From positions 64,790,001 to 64,854,000 of the forward strand of contig OX597817.1 in the NCBI GenBank assembly GCA_951406725.2: a stretch of 64,000 nucleotides of DNA, in the 5' to 3' direction. The notes beneath the pieces are model-generated. The model did no database searches. It had not been told where the DNA came from and saw only the letters and a list, made by a program, of their open reading frames with translations. Below, piece after piece: positions 1-11,877 of this stretch. The DNA is from Octopus vulgaris (taxonomy: Eukaryota). How positions within the stretch are numbered: the first letter of the stretch is position 1; each line of letters opens with the position of its first letter. A program made the translations under genes and the position numbers.

Positions 1-58
1 TGTTTATTGACCCTTTTCTTTCCTTTAAAAATTGGCATGAACTTTCCAGACAACCCAA

Positions 59-147
59 TATATATACACATATACATACTTATATATACGTATATACATA
101 TACATGCATATGTATACATATACATACATATACATACATATATACAT

Positions 148-206
<59 letters not shown>

Positions 207-219
207 CATACATATATAC
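59..219. repeat. (TA)n/(TACATA)n microsatellite
   Basis: Directly visible; explains the YI-repeat ORFs. Confidence 0.95.
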
Positions 220-432
220 ATCATCATCATCATCATCATCATCGTTTAACGTCCGTTTTCCATGCTGGCATGGGTTGGACAGTTTGACTGAGGTCTGGAG
301 AGCTGCACCAGGCTCCAATCTGACAATGCTTCTGCAGCTGGATGCCATTCCTAATGCCAACCACTCTGAGAGTGTAGTGGGTACTTTTTACATGCCACTG
401 GCATAGGAACCAGTGAGGTGGGCCTGGCAATG
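219..432 (-). mobile_element. RTE LINE 3' tail fragment ending in (GAT)n
   Basis: Reverse complement (gtcaaactgtccaacccatgccagcatggaaaacggacgttaaacgatgatg) matches the 3' end of the RTE copy at ~3110-3175. Confidence 0.85.
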
Positions 433-487
433 ACCACTTATATACACACTGATGAATTCAAGGAAAACAAATATATAAAAAGCCATC

Positions 488-678
488 TGAGTAAAAATTG
501 CAAATGAATTGCAGATGTACTCACATCACATGATTTTGGACCCTGTGATAAACACTTAGTCTTCATCAATGAGTACTACTGCTGAAGTGATACTCACTGC
601 CAAAGACTAAGTGTTTATTACTGGATCCAAACTCACATGATGTGAGTATGTCTGTAACTCACTTGGGATTTTTATTCA
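488..678. repeat. Long imperfect inverted repeat, ~95 bp arms
   Basis: aaacacttagtctt pairs with aagactaagtgttt; cagatgtactcacatcacatga pairs imperfectly with tcacatgatgtgagtatgtctg; centre gagtactact-gctga-agtgatactc. Confidence 0.8.
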
Positions 679-1055
679 TTATAGCTCTGTTCACATGAGG
701 TTCATTACCTCTGAAGATAACAGGTGAAGTTAGAGCGGGCTAAGAGTCTGCTATGAGCTGCTGGCTTTGCAGTGTTTCTCAGTGTAAGCGAGAAGGAAGA
801 AAGAGAAAAAATGTCTTAATTCTCCTGCTTAAATAGTCGTTGCCGATGAGAGTCTCGCTGTCATCTCACACATGGCAAATGGTTGCAGGCGAGATCTCGC
901 TCCTGTCTCAGACATGGTAATGACTACCAGTGAGATCTCATACAAAATGGTGCTGGCTTCTTGTGCCTCTCTACACCTTCATTGTTTTACCTTACTGTGA
1001 ACCCTATGCTATTGCACCTAACCACTTCTGGCATCCTATGTGTTGATATACCTAG

Positions 1056-1273
<218 letters not shown>

Positions 1274-3175
1274 AGCATTATAGTCAACTGCTGCAAAGGT
1301 AGAGATGATGCCTTAGACAGAAATAATTACAGAGGCATCAAATTGCTGGGCCAGGTGATGAAAGTCACAGAAAGGGTCATAGTTCAATTAATTAGGAATA
1401 GAGTTAGCATAGATGAGATGCTGTTCAGATTTGTGCCAGGTAGGTGCACAGCTGATGCTATATTCCTGCTGAGGTAACTGCAGGATAAATATCTAGCCAA
1501 AAATAAACTTCTGTACCTGGTTTTTCTCAACATGGAGAAAGCCTTCAACAGAGTCCCCTGCTCCCTTATCTGGTTGTCAATGCAGAAGCTAGGGATAAAT
1601 GAGTGGTTGGTGAGAGCTGTTACAAGCCATGTACAGGGATGCTGTCAGTAAGGTGAAGGTTAACAATGAGTATAGCAATGAATTCAGGATACAAGTAGGG
1701 GTTCACCAAAGCCCTCGGTCCCCTCTTATTCATCATAGTCCTCCAGGCAATAACAGAGGAATTCATGATGGGTTGCTCCTCTAGGCTCATGACCTTCTTC
1801 TTATACCCAAATCACTACCAGAACTAATGAAGAAATTTTAAGCATGGAAACAAGGTCCAGAATCGAAAGGTCTTAGAATAAATCTATCAAAAAACCAAAG
1901 TCTTAGTAAGTAGGAGAGCAGACAAATCACAAATCTCTTCAAGTAGATGGCCTTGCTCAATCTGTAGAAAGGGTTTGGGTAGTAACTCCATAAAATGTAC
2001 TTGGTGTAAGCTATAGATACGTAAGAGGTGCAGCAATATCAGAGGAAGGTTAACAAGGAAAATAGTTTTTGCGTGTGGAAGGTGCACAGGTACAGTTAAA
2101 ACCAAAAATGTACAGAAAATAGACTCCATCAAATACCAGGGTGAAAATTAGAAGTGGTTGATAGCTTCTGTTATGTAGGTGACCAAGTTAGTTGCAGGGG
2201 CGGATGCCCAAAGGCTGTATCTGCTAGAACAAGAATAGGCTGGGCAAAGTTCAGAGAGCTCCTACTTCAGTTGCTAACAAAGGGCCTCACTTTTGGAGTG
2301 AACGGCAGATTGTATGATGCTTGTGTGAACAGTGATGCTACATGGCAGTGAAACATGGGCTGTGACCACTGACGACATGTGAAAGCTTGAAAGAAATGAA
2401 GCTAGTATGCTTTGCAAGATGTGCAATGTCAGTGTGCATTTACAACAAAGTGTAAGCATCTTGAAAGAAAAGGAGGCATTAGATGTGGTGCAGAAGAGAG
2501 ACAACTTCCCTGGTATGGTCATGTGATGCATATGGTTGAGGATAGCTGTGTGAAGAAGTACTGATTTCTAACTGTGGAAGAGGTGAACCCAGGAAGACAT
2601 GGGGCGAGGTGGTGAAGCATGATGCTTGAAATGTTGGGCCTCAGAGAGGCAATGACAAGTGATTGAGACCTTTGGTGATATGCTGTGCTTGAGAAGACCT
2701 ATCAAGCCAAGTGAGATTGCAGTCATGGCTGATGCCAGTATTACATAACTGGCACTTAGAAGGACCCTTTGAATGATAGGTGACATGCAGTGCTTGAAAA
2801 AACACATGAAGCCTTGTGAAGTTGTCAAGGCCAATGCCAGTGTTGCGTAATTGGCACCCATTTCAGTGGCACGTAAGAAGCATCCTTTGTACTTTGGGCC
2901 TCATAGAGGCAGTGACAAGTGACCAAAACCTTTGGCAATATACTCTGCTCAAGAAGTCCTGTCAAGCCAAGTGAGATCATAGTCACTGCTGATGCCAGTG
3001 TTTCATAACTGGAAATCTTTGCTGGTGGCACGTAAAAAGCACCCACTACACTCTTGAAATCATGCCAAACCAGATTGGAGCCTGGTGCAGCTTCCCAGCT
3101 TATCAGTTTTCAGTCAAACTGTCCAACCTATGCCAGCATGGAAAACAGACATTAAATGATGATGATGATGATGAT
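1274..3175 (+). mobile_element. 5'-truncated, decayed RTE-clade LINE (RT pseudogene, 3' UTR, (GAT)n tail)
   Basis: Translates to NNYRGIKLL...DAIFLLR, FCYVGDQV, RIGWAKFREL and GRLYDACV, with stops and frameshifts; ends in (gat)n. Confidence 0.9.
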
Positions 3176-3190
3176 ATATATAAACATATG

Positions 3191-3398
3191 TGTGGCTGTG
3201 GTAAGAAGCTAGCTTCTTGACCACATAGTTCTGGGTTCAGTCCCACTGCACTGCATGGCACCTTGGGCAAGTGTCTTTTACTATTGCCCCAGGCTGACCA
3301 AAGCCTTGTGAGTGGATTCGGTGGAGCCCTTCATATATATATGTGTGTGTGTGTCTTTGTGTCTGTGTTTGTCCACCAACATCACTTGACAACCAATA
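3191..3398 (+). mobile_element. tRNA-derived SINE (family A, with internal TA/TG microsatellite), partial
   Basis: A-box-like tggctgtggtaag and B-box-like ggttcagtccc; homologous to copies at 14173, 15083 and 28320. Confidence 0.8.
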
Positions 3399-3539
3399 TT
3401 AATTTATTTTGGATGATGGAATGTACCACATGATAACTGGCTGGCTGTGGCTGCTGGAGCCAACCTGTCAGTATTTAAGAGTGAAAAAAAAAACACTTCA
3501 TTCATTCACTGTCACTTGATACTTTAGGAAGAAGCAGTG

Positions 3540-3671
3540 ACATCTGGATTTACTAAGCGATGGTTTGGATTTATTAAACAAGAGATTTTATGTGTAAAAC
3601 TCTGTCCCAACTCATTTTGGATACATTAAGCAGCCGGATTTATTATCAGTGGATTTATAAAGCGGGATCTA

Positions 3672-3674
<3 letters not shown>
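3540..3674. mobile_element. Possible pogo/Tigger-type DNA transposon end
   Basis: Ends ttataaagcgggatctactg (reverse complement CAGTAGATCCCGCTT) next to a TA run; no partner TIR found. Confidence 0.3.
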
Positions 3675-3714
<40 letters not shown>

Positions 3715-3716
<2 letters not shown>

Positions 3717-4107
3717 AGCAAAAGGCACCCCCATCCAATGGACAGTGCTGAGTTGTCAAACATTTAAACCAAATTTTCTCAAAACAACTTGTCCAACCAT
3801 CCTTTTCTGTGGTATTATTTCAAGCCAGCCGGCTTTTTTGTGCAAACTGCACATGCATTTTTCTTGCATACGTGTAGTATCGATCACAACAGCTGATGTA
3901 CTTGCGTGTACAAATGCATGTTCCCACGGCTTTATCAATCGCATTCTCACCTGGAATCTTTTTTGTAATTTTTTCATGACTTCTACATGCCCTGATACTG
4001 TCAGTATCTACATATCAAATTTGAGCACAATCAGATTGAATATGCCCGAGATCCTAGAAGACACACACACAGACAGACAGAATGGATTTTATTTAATATA
4101 TATATAT
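3715..4107 (-). mobile_element. Non-autonomous Helitron-like element
   Basis: Minus strand begins (TA)n-ttaaataaaatcc-(tctg)n and ends with a hairpin (gcactgtccattggatgggggtgc) followed by CTTG, a degenerate CTAG, and then T. Confidence 0.5.
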
Positions 4108-4990
4108 ATGGTGTGCGATGGGTAAATTGTCGCCATTTTATATTTTTAATTTCACACATGCACATTGTTTTTAATTTTGGTGACTACACAGTATAGTAGG
4201 ATCAGTTGGGTACTGTCTGTGAGAAAAACAGCACCATAACGCAATTCATTCTGCCAGAAATTTAGATATGACATCCTGTACTGCTTGGCATTCATGCCAG
4301 AAGTTCCAATATAAACAAATGGTGAACACACAGAACAACTGATGGCCTGCCATGTCCTCAAAACATGTATTGAGAGTGATTAAAATCAAATCTCCAGTCA
4401 ACATCATGTTGTTTAGAATGATCACTAGTTATGGTGACATTATGCTACCATTCATCTTCCCACACAGCCTTGACTCAATATGAAAGCCTTACATCAAGTG
4501 CCTTTAGGAGGTAGTGCTGCCCTGGGTCAAGAGGGTGGCTGCTGGAACACCCTATGTCTGGCAACAGGACTCTGCACCATGCCACACAAGCAGGAGGACC
4601 CAGTCATGACTGTCAGACTATTTCTGTGATCACATCACCCCTAATATCTAGTCATTCCCCAGACTGCAACCCCCTTGATTATTATGTGTGGGGGCACAGT
4701 TGAGTGAGAGACCAACAAAACTCCTTGTAACACCAAAGATGAACTGAAGGCAAGGATTATGGCAGCATTTACCAACTTAAACAAGCAGACCATCCAGCAG
4801 AGTTGCAGGAGATTCTGAAGTTGTCTGGAGGCTGTGGTTGAAGCCAATGGTGATTTTATTGAATAAATTTACTCTTTAGTGTTTGATGATATCTTTATGT
4901 AATTTTGGTAAATATATCTGTTAAAATGAGATGTCAGTGTTATTTTATTTTTGTGTAATTTAGACGACAATACATTCATCACACCCTGTA
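4108..4990 (+). mobile_element. Internally deleted Tc1/mariner (maT/DD37D-like) transposon
   Basis: WQQDSAPCHT...PDCNPLDYYVWG...DELKARI...LEAVVEANGDFIE; imperfect TIRs ggtgtgcgatgggtaaattgtcg and cgacaatacattcatcacaccctg in a TA context. Confidence 0.85.
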
Positions 4991-5014
4991 TACACACACA
5001 CACACACACATATA

Positions 5015-6400
5015 CAGTGCCCCCACTTATGAAAGACCTTAAGAACTTTGAGACTGACTTATGGAACATTGTAAAGAAGTTAAGGTTTTGGCATTCTTCT
5101 AACCCCTTCCTTAAATGACCACATGACCAATGTTAAACAATCTCCCAATGTACACATCCTTGTAGACAAAACAAAAATATTTATGAAACAAACATTTCCA
5201 CACATTCAAGACTCCTCACAAGTGTCATCACCAAAGCATACAAAAAACCTGTAATTCCACATACAATGACATAAACACACAGAAGCAAAGGGGCTAGCTA
5301 CCTGCCTTAAGATAGAGGATCACATGAACTGCCTCACAACACGACTCCTCCACCATTACATTTTAGGACCATAAGTCTAATTTTCATTCTAACCCCAAAT
5401 GCAGGCTGATCAACCCCTCTAAAAGTGAAATAGGTATTATTAGCAAGCATATACTCAATACTATCAACTCTGTCATCAGAAGGGCTACAGGATCGACTCA
5501 ATGGAACTCCAGCACAGCTGTAATACCCTGGTTCCACAGTATTGAGAATAAATCAACCTGCAAATTCACCCAGTTTGACATTGTTGACTTCTGCCCATCC
5601 ATATCTAAGCCCCTCCTACTGAAGGCCCTAGCTTTTGCTTGACAAATTACCAGCATTAGCAATCTTGATATCAGAATCATCATGAATGCCATAAAGCCAA
5701 TTCTGGTCCATAAAGCCAATTCTGGGTGAAGAAACGTGATCCATTGTGTTATGTTTTATAGGGAAGACTGATAGGGCTGAAATCGCCGACCTTGTCGGGT
5801 TACACATTTTGGATACCCATCCACATAGGTCAGCTCTGAACATGGACGATGGCCTGGCTATCTCAAGACATATGAATGGCCATGCCATGGACAGGTTCAG
5901 GAAAGACTTGATAAAAATATTCAAAGAGTTTGGCTTGTCTGCAACAGTTACTACCAACCTGACTACAGTCGATTTCTTGAATGTAACCTTAGACCTGAAA
6001 ATGGACAAATTCTTCCCTTACAGGAAGCCTAATGAAGAAATGGTATATATCCACAAGAGCTCACCACCTCCTGCGGTAATTAGAAACCTGGTTTCAGGCA
6101 TTATCAAACAGGTGTCTAAACTCTCAGCTAATATAGAGATCTTTAACGGGGATGCCCCCCCACCATACAATGATGCTTATGTACATGGACGAACCCCAAG
6201 AGAATTAGGAAAAAGAAAATAATCTTGTATAACTCCCAATTAAACTTGTAGCCAGGGGCTTCCTGTCATTAATAAAGAAACATTTCCCCAGAGGCCATAA
6301 GTATTACAAACACTTCAACCCCCATAATATCAAAGTAAGCTACTCCTGCTTAGACAACATTGCACCTAACATTGCACACATCAACAGACGTAAAAACGCA
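5015..6400 (+). mobile_element. Decayed Penelope-like retroelement (RT and linker; GIY-YIG domain not seen)
   Basis: KDLKNFETDLW, DHKSNFHSNPKCRLINPSKSEIGIISK, FDIVDFCPSI, AEIADLVG, DDGLAI, VDFLNVTLDL...PYRKPN, KHFP...IKVSYSC; includes ORF 5746-6222. Confidence 0.85.
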
Positions 6401-6429
6401 CCCACACAACCCCCAACCCCAACCTGTAT

Positions 6430-6645
6430 CTATGTGTGTGTGTCTTTGTCACCCCTTACTGCTTGACAACCAGTGTTGGTGTGTTTAAGTGCCCATAACT
6501 TAGTAGTTCGGCAAATGAGACCGATAGTGTAAATACCAGGCTTTAAAAGAAAATAAGTACTGGACTTGATTCATTTGACTGAAATTTTTCAAGGCAGTGC
6601 TCTAGCAAGGCCACAGTCAAATGACTGAAACAAGTAATAGAGAAA
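6430..6645 (+). mobile_element. SINE family A, 3' half
   Basis: cttgacaacc...cttagtagttcggcaaa...cagtcaaatgactgaaacaag is homologous to 15270-15410. Confidence 0.75.
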
Positions 6646-6656
6646 ATATATATTAT

Positions 6657-6845
6657 ATCATCATCATCACTCAACATACAGATTCCATGTTGGCATGGAT
6701 TAGCTAGTTTGACAGGGCCTGACAAGTCACAAGGATTGCATCATGCACCATTGCCTTCTTTGGCTGGATTTCTATGGGAAGATGACCTTCCTAAATGCTA
6801 GCAACTTTACTGGGTGCTTTTTTTATGGCAACAACACCAGTGATG
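6657..6845 (-). mobile_element. RTE 3' tail fragment
   Basis: (cat)n followed by ttccatgttggcatgg..., homologous to 219-432. Confidence 0.7.
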
Positions 6846-6879
6846 ATCATTTTGTAACCTGTAAGGCTAAGACCCTAAA

Positions 6880-7560
6880 GGAGAGAGAGTAAGTGGAATA
6901 AAGGAATGGTAAGAAGGGAGGCTAGGGGAATATGGCAGGGAACAGGGACAGGGAAAAAATTAATGACAAGGAATGAGTATGGATTGTGAGTGAAAAGAGG
7001 GCAGGAAAGGAGCAAAAGATTAGGGTGGAGAAGCATAGATGGAGAGAGAGAGGTGAGGAAGAAGGAAAGAGGAAGGAGAAAGAGAGAGGAGGGAGAAAGA
7101 GAGGGGAGGAAGAAAAGGAGAGGAGGGAGTAAAAGAGAGGAGGGAGAAAGAGAGAGGAAGGAGAGAAAGAAAGAGAAAGTGAAAGAAAGAGAGAGAGAGA
7201 GAAAGAAAGACAGTGAGAGGAAGTGAGGGAGAAAGAAGGAAGGAGAGAGAGACAGAGGGAGGAGAGAGAGAGCATGTGTAAATATAAATATATTAATTCA
7301 AGTGATAAATCATATTAAGCTTGTTTTGAAAAGTAAAATCACTCAAAAGCTGTAAAAAGTTGATAAAATCATTTTTACTTTTGCATTTTGTTTTTTCCTT
7401 TCTGTTCTCTTTGTTTTGTTTTTCTCATTTTCTTTCCCTCTTTTTATTGTTTTCTTTTTTCAAATTTTTTAAACATTTTCTTTTTTTTTTTTCTCTTTCT
7501 GCTTTATTTTTCTCATTTTCTTTTCCTTTTTGTTTAGTTTTCTTAAGTTACCAAATTATA
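6880..7560. repeat. GA-rich then T-rich low-complexity tract
   Basis: Composition directly visible. Confidence 0.85.
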
Positions 7561-8049
7561 TTCTTGAATTCCATATCATAATCTTTTTTGCAGTAGAATT
7601 TAAAAAAAATTAAATGTAAGTAAATAAAACCTGAAAATACTAATAAAGAAACTAATCTCTAAAAAAAATAGTATACATTTTCATTTTATACAGACTAATG
7701 TTTTTATCCATATATTTCTGTTGTGTGATAGCTTACAGTGTTTGACCCATATTTTGTTTAAACCCTTGCACACCAAACAATTTTCTTTTAACACTTCCTT
7801 AGCACTCCACAAAATATAGCTTTGCTTAATTCACACATAAAAGTGGCTGTACTGTCAATATAGAAGTATGTCTCCAATACATTCATAGTATTTGAGGAGT
7901 CCTCACTGTCATCTTTTGACCTGGTAGATATACCAGTCAAATCACATTCTACTTTTTTTTATAAAAGGAAGCAAACATTAGATAATGTAGTTCTAGAATA
8001 TAAAGAGACAGGATAGTCAAGACTGGAACATGTGATCACAGATACCTCA

Positions 8050-8630
8050 GATGAGGAGCATCCAAACATTGGGCTGTGAACCAGTATTGGGCCATGGATC
8101 ATTTGGTTCCAAGCCACACAGAAAGAATAAATTTTAAAATTTTATTTCTATATCATTGACTATTGCAGATAGCCGGCTATTTTTGCTTTATGTATGTATT
8201 ATATATCATCATCATCATCATCATCATCATCAGTAGCAGCAGCATTTAATGTCCATTTTCTGTACTAGCATGGGTTGGATGGTTTGACCAGAGATGGTAA
8301 GCCCAGGGGCTACACCAGGCTTCACCATCTGTTCTTGCATGGTTTCCACATCTGGATGCCCTTCCTAAAGCCAACCACTTCACTGAGTGTACTGGTTGTT
8401 TTTTATGAGGCACCAGCACCAGTGCCTTTCATGTGGCACCAGCACTAGTGTCTTTCATCTGGCACCAGTACCAGTGCTTTTTTATGTGACACTAGCATTG
8501 ATATCAGTTAAATTAAATTATATATTATGGACTTTACTGTGATTTGTTACCTGCATGATCTCCAGATCCCTAGACAAAATTGTCTTTTATCAAACCAGTC
8601 CATGGTGCAATGAAAGGTTGGGGGCTGCTG
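8050..8630. mobile_element. hAT (Charlie/MER1-like) non-autonomous element interrupted by an RTE tail (~8206-8500)
   Basis: Right end aaaccagtccatggtgcaatgaaaggttgggggctgctg resembles MER1/Charlie termini; left end is degenerate. The nested tail carries ~25 bp tandem repeats (gcaccagcaccagtg). Confidence 0.55.
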
Positions 8631-9914
8631 CCTTGAATTAAACAACAGCAGCCATTCATATTATTTGGTATAGAGTTGAACTTATAAAACCTTGTCAATA
8701 CCAGTTAAAATCCTTGAGAAAGGCATGAATGTTACACATAGAATAAGCTGGGTAAGTAATGAAATTAATGGTAAATAATAATGATCATTTAGATCTTTTG
8801 AAGTATCATGGCTGAAGAATGAGATGCAGATGTTCAGATTTGTTGTTTAACCCCAGATTGGCTCTGATCAAGTAGATCTACTGTCATTGTCAAAAGGCGA
8901 TCCAGCTTTGACCATCTCATTTCTTTTCAAATATAGTGTATTTATGTATACCCTTGGTAGGCTGTGATTTGAAGAAGGTTTGACAGTTATTTCTTCTGAA
9001 TTGTGCACAATGTAAAGGGTTGTGAACAAAGTTGTTGTTGTTATTGTTGTTTAACCTCAGGTCTGCTCTGATTGAGTAGAGTTATGATTATGATCAAAGA
9101 TTACCAGCCATGACCATCCTGACTTTTTGTATATCAAGCACTACATTATATAAGATAATAATGTGTCATCTGAGGGAAATTTGGCTAATATTTTTGTAGG
9201 CAAGCAGCTGTGTCTTGTTGTTGTTGTTATTGTTGTTGGTGGTAGTGGTAGTTGTGTCATTGATGTTGTTTGGCCCATGTCAGCCTTAATCAGACAGATC
9301 AATGATCAAAGGCATTCTAACCACAATTTTATTTTTGTATTCTTCTCCCTGTGTACAGGGAACCCAGAGTCCAATAGGGCTTTTTTTAAGACTGTGTGGT
9401 GTGATTTGATAGATGTTTGGCAGTTATTTCTAGCAGTTTAATCGATCATGTGGAGGCTCTCTTGTTAGTACTTTGCTTGTTGTTGGTAACAGTGTTGGTG
9501 TTGGTGTTGTTGATGATGGTGGCAGTGATGGGGGGTAGTGCTTCTGATAGTAATAATGTCATTGGTGGTGATTGTGATGGTTGATGATAGTGATCAGTGG
9601 AAGTGTTGTTGAGGGCAGTGGTGGTGTTGTTGATAATGATAATGTTGTGGTTATTGCTATTGTTATTTGAGTCCAGATCAAGCTCAGTTGTACATATTTA
9701 GAGACTAAATGCTTCAGAGATGAGCTTAAATTTCTGCTTAGCTAAAAATATCACATTTGACAATGATGGAACAAGAATGTCAGCTGCATGAACATTACTG
9801 CATGTAAGAGTCAAGGAACGGCAGCAGCTTCAAGTAAGCTAAGTTTCAGATACAGTTCTTCATGGTCTCACTTTAGCGAAGTGTTTATTTTTTTATTTAT
9901 ATTTTCTTCATCTT

Positions 9915-10190
9915 CTACTTGTTTCACTCATGGGCCTGGCCATGCTAGGCCACTGCCTTGAAGGACTGTAGTCAAATAAACTGACCCTAGTACTTAATTT
10001 TTATTTATTCTATCAGTCCTATTTGCCAAACTGCTAAGTTACATGGATGTTAACATACCAACATTGATTGTCAAGCAGTGGTGGTGGACACAGAGACACA
10101 CACACACTCTCATATGCGCTCATATATACAACAGGCTTCCACATGACTTCTGTCTACCAAATTCACTCATGAAGCATTGAAACCAAACTT
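9915..10190 (-). mobile_element. SINE family A, decayed
   Basis: Reverse-complement homology to 15083-15410 (ctacttgtttcactca...tgtctaccaaattcactca). Confidence 0.65.
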
Positions 10191-11093
10191 TTGTATGAGC
10201 GTGTGTGTGTGTGTATGTGTGTGGATATGTATCTATGTACCTGTGTGCATGTCTAAGTACTGCCTAGTCTACATCATTGATCTCTCTGATAACCTCTTAC
10301 CCCTTTAACACTTATACCACATGCCCCTCTATTTCTTGTTCCTTGCACTACACATTTCTAACACTCGTCTATCAATTGCCCACATGACAGTCAACCATGC
10401 CCCTTTTACCCATGCCTTTATCTCTCTGGCTTTTGCTTCATGTACCCAAGCCTCTATTCTCACCTCTCACTTCATCTTGTCAATCACACTGATCTATGCA
10501 GTTGGTTGGACTAAATATAGCAGTGGTTGTCTCTTCTGTTTGACATGTATTACACTCTTCATTGCTCATTTCCTGTTTGATATACATTGCATTCTTTTAC
10601 CCAGATCTTTATTGCTCGTCTACTGTTTCTCATCAGTGTATTTATTCACCCATACCTATTGCTCATCATTGAATCACTCCCTCCTTTTCTCAGTTTTCCC
10701 TGTACTATGATGCTCTAGTGCAACTGAAGATAGCAGTTGATCTCTTCTTTTTACTGTACATTGCTTTCAGCCAAGATGCAACTGCATCTCTTCCTACCCT
10801 CTCCCCTTTACTCCTTTGTATTACTCACTGGCACAGGACCTACCAACATTCCATTCATCATGCCACCACCCACCTCACTCAAATTCTTCAGCTCATCTCA
10901 TTGTAATTGGGTAGGTGATTACACTGAGCCACTTATGCCCAGTTCACTCTATCTGCACCCTCTCCTCCTGTATTGCTTATCATCACTCCATGTTACTCTG
11001 TCTGCTAGTGTACTCTTATTCCTTTTTCTCTCACACATCCTGGTTCACAGACTTTCATCACCTCCTTGCCATCTCAGTCATACAGCCTTGAAT

Positions 11094-11475
11094 TGAGGCG
11101 CAATGGCCCAGTGGTTAGGGCAGCGGACTCGCGGTCATAGGATCGCGGTTTCGATTCCCAGACCGGGCGTTGTGAGTGTTTATTGAGCGAAAACACCTAA
11201 AGCTCCACGAGGCTCTGGCAGGGGATGGTGGTGATCCCTTCTGTACTCTTTCACCACAACTTTCTCTTACTCTTACTTCCTGTTTCTGTTGTACCTGTAT
11301 TTCAAAGGGCCGGCCTTGTAACTCTCTGTGTCACGCTGAATATCCCTGAGAACTACGTTAAGGGTACACGTGTCTGTGGAGTGCTCAGCCACTTACACGT
11401 TAATTTAACGAGCAGGCTGTTCCGTTGATTCGGATCAACCGGAACCCTCGTCGTTGCAACCGACTGAGTGCTTCC
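11094..11475 (+). mobile_element. Young full-length tRNA-derived SINE (family B) with 12 bp TSD
   Basis: Head GGCGCAATGGCCCAGTGGTTAGG...GGTTTCGATTCC (A and B boxes); TSD acagccttgaat at 11082-11093 and 11476-11487; CpGs retained. Confidence 0.92.
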
Positions 11476-11877
11476 ACAGCCTTGAATGAAAAATGAGTAC
11501 TCCTCTAATTCATTACACTATCATATCATTTATGCCCCTATCACTCTTGCTTCTCACTCTGTAAAGAGGCAGATAAATGAGCAGACATAGCGTTGTGAGG
11601 CCAACTTTAATTGCAACCAGGACATGGCTAACTTTCTAACGCTAGTGTCAAGGAAAATACATCCAGTATACACTGTAAAGTTATGAGGACATATATTTCT
11701 AGTTCTGGTGACATGAAAAAAGCCACCCAATTCAGACTGTAAAGTTGTTGATGTATGGGTATCTAGCAGTAGAAACTAAATATAAATGAAACATGAGCAA
11801 GATGAGGTACCCCATTACTCATTCAACCCATGGACAGATGTAGAATAGATGATGATGATGATATTTATAGTTATATG

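Noticed and set aside
447-470. CTGATGA...GAAA hammerhead-like core
   Set aside because: No convincing stem II or flanking stems I and III.
6922-7581. Leu/Ser/Phe-rich and Arg/Glu-rich ORFs
   Set aside because: Low-complexity GA- and T-rich tracts.
7737-7851. Possible minus-strand exon with AG/GT boundaries
   Set aside because: Stops in all three frames.
8405-8500. ~25 bp direct repeats resembling a CRISPR array
   Set aside because: No unique spacers; lies in an RTE 3' UTR in eukaryotic DNA.
10321-11096. Hydrophobic ORFs of 119-129 aa
   Set aside because: CT-rich body of an old repeat; no recognisable domain or splice context.
11097-11170. tRNA gene
   Set aside because: The cloverleaf does not close properly; it is the head of a TSD-flanked SINE.
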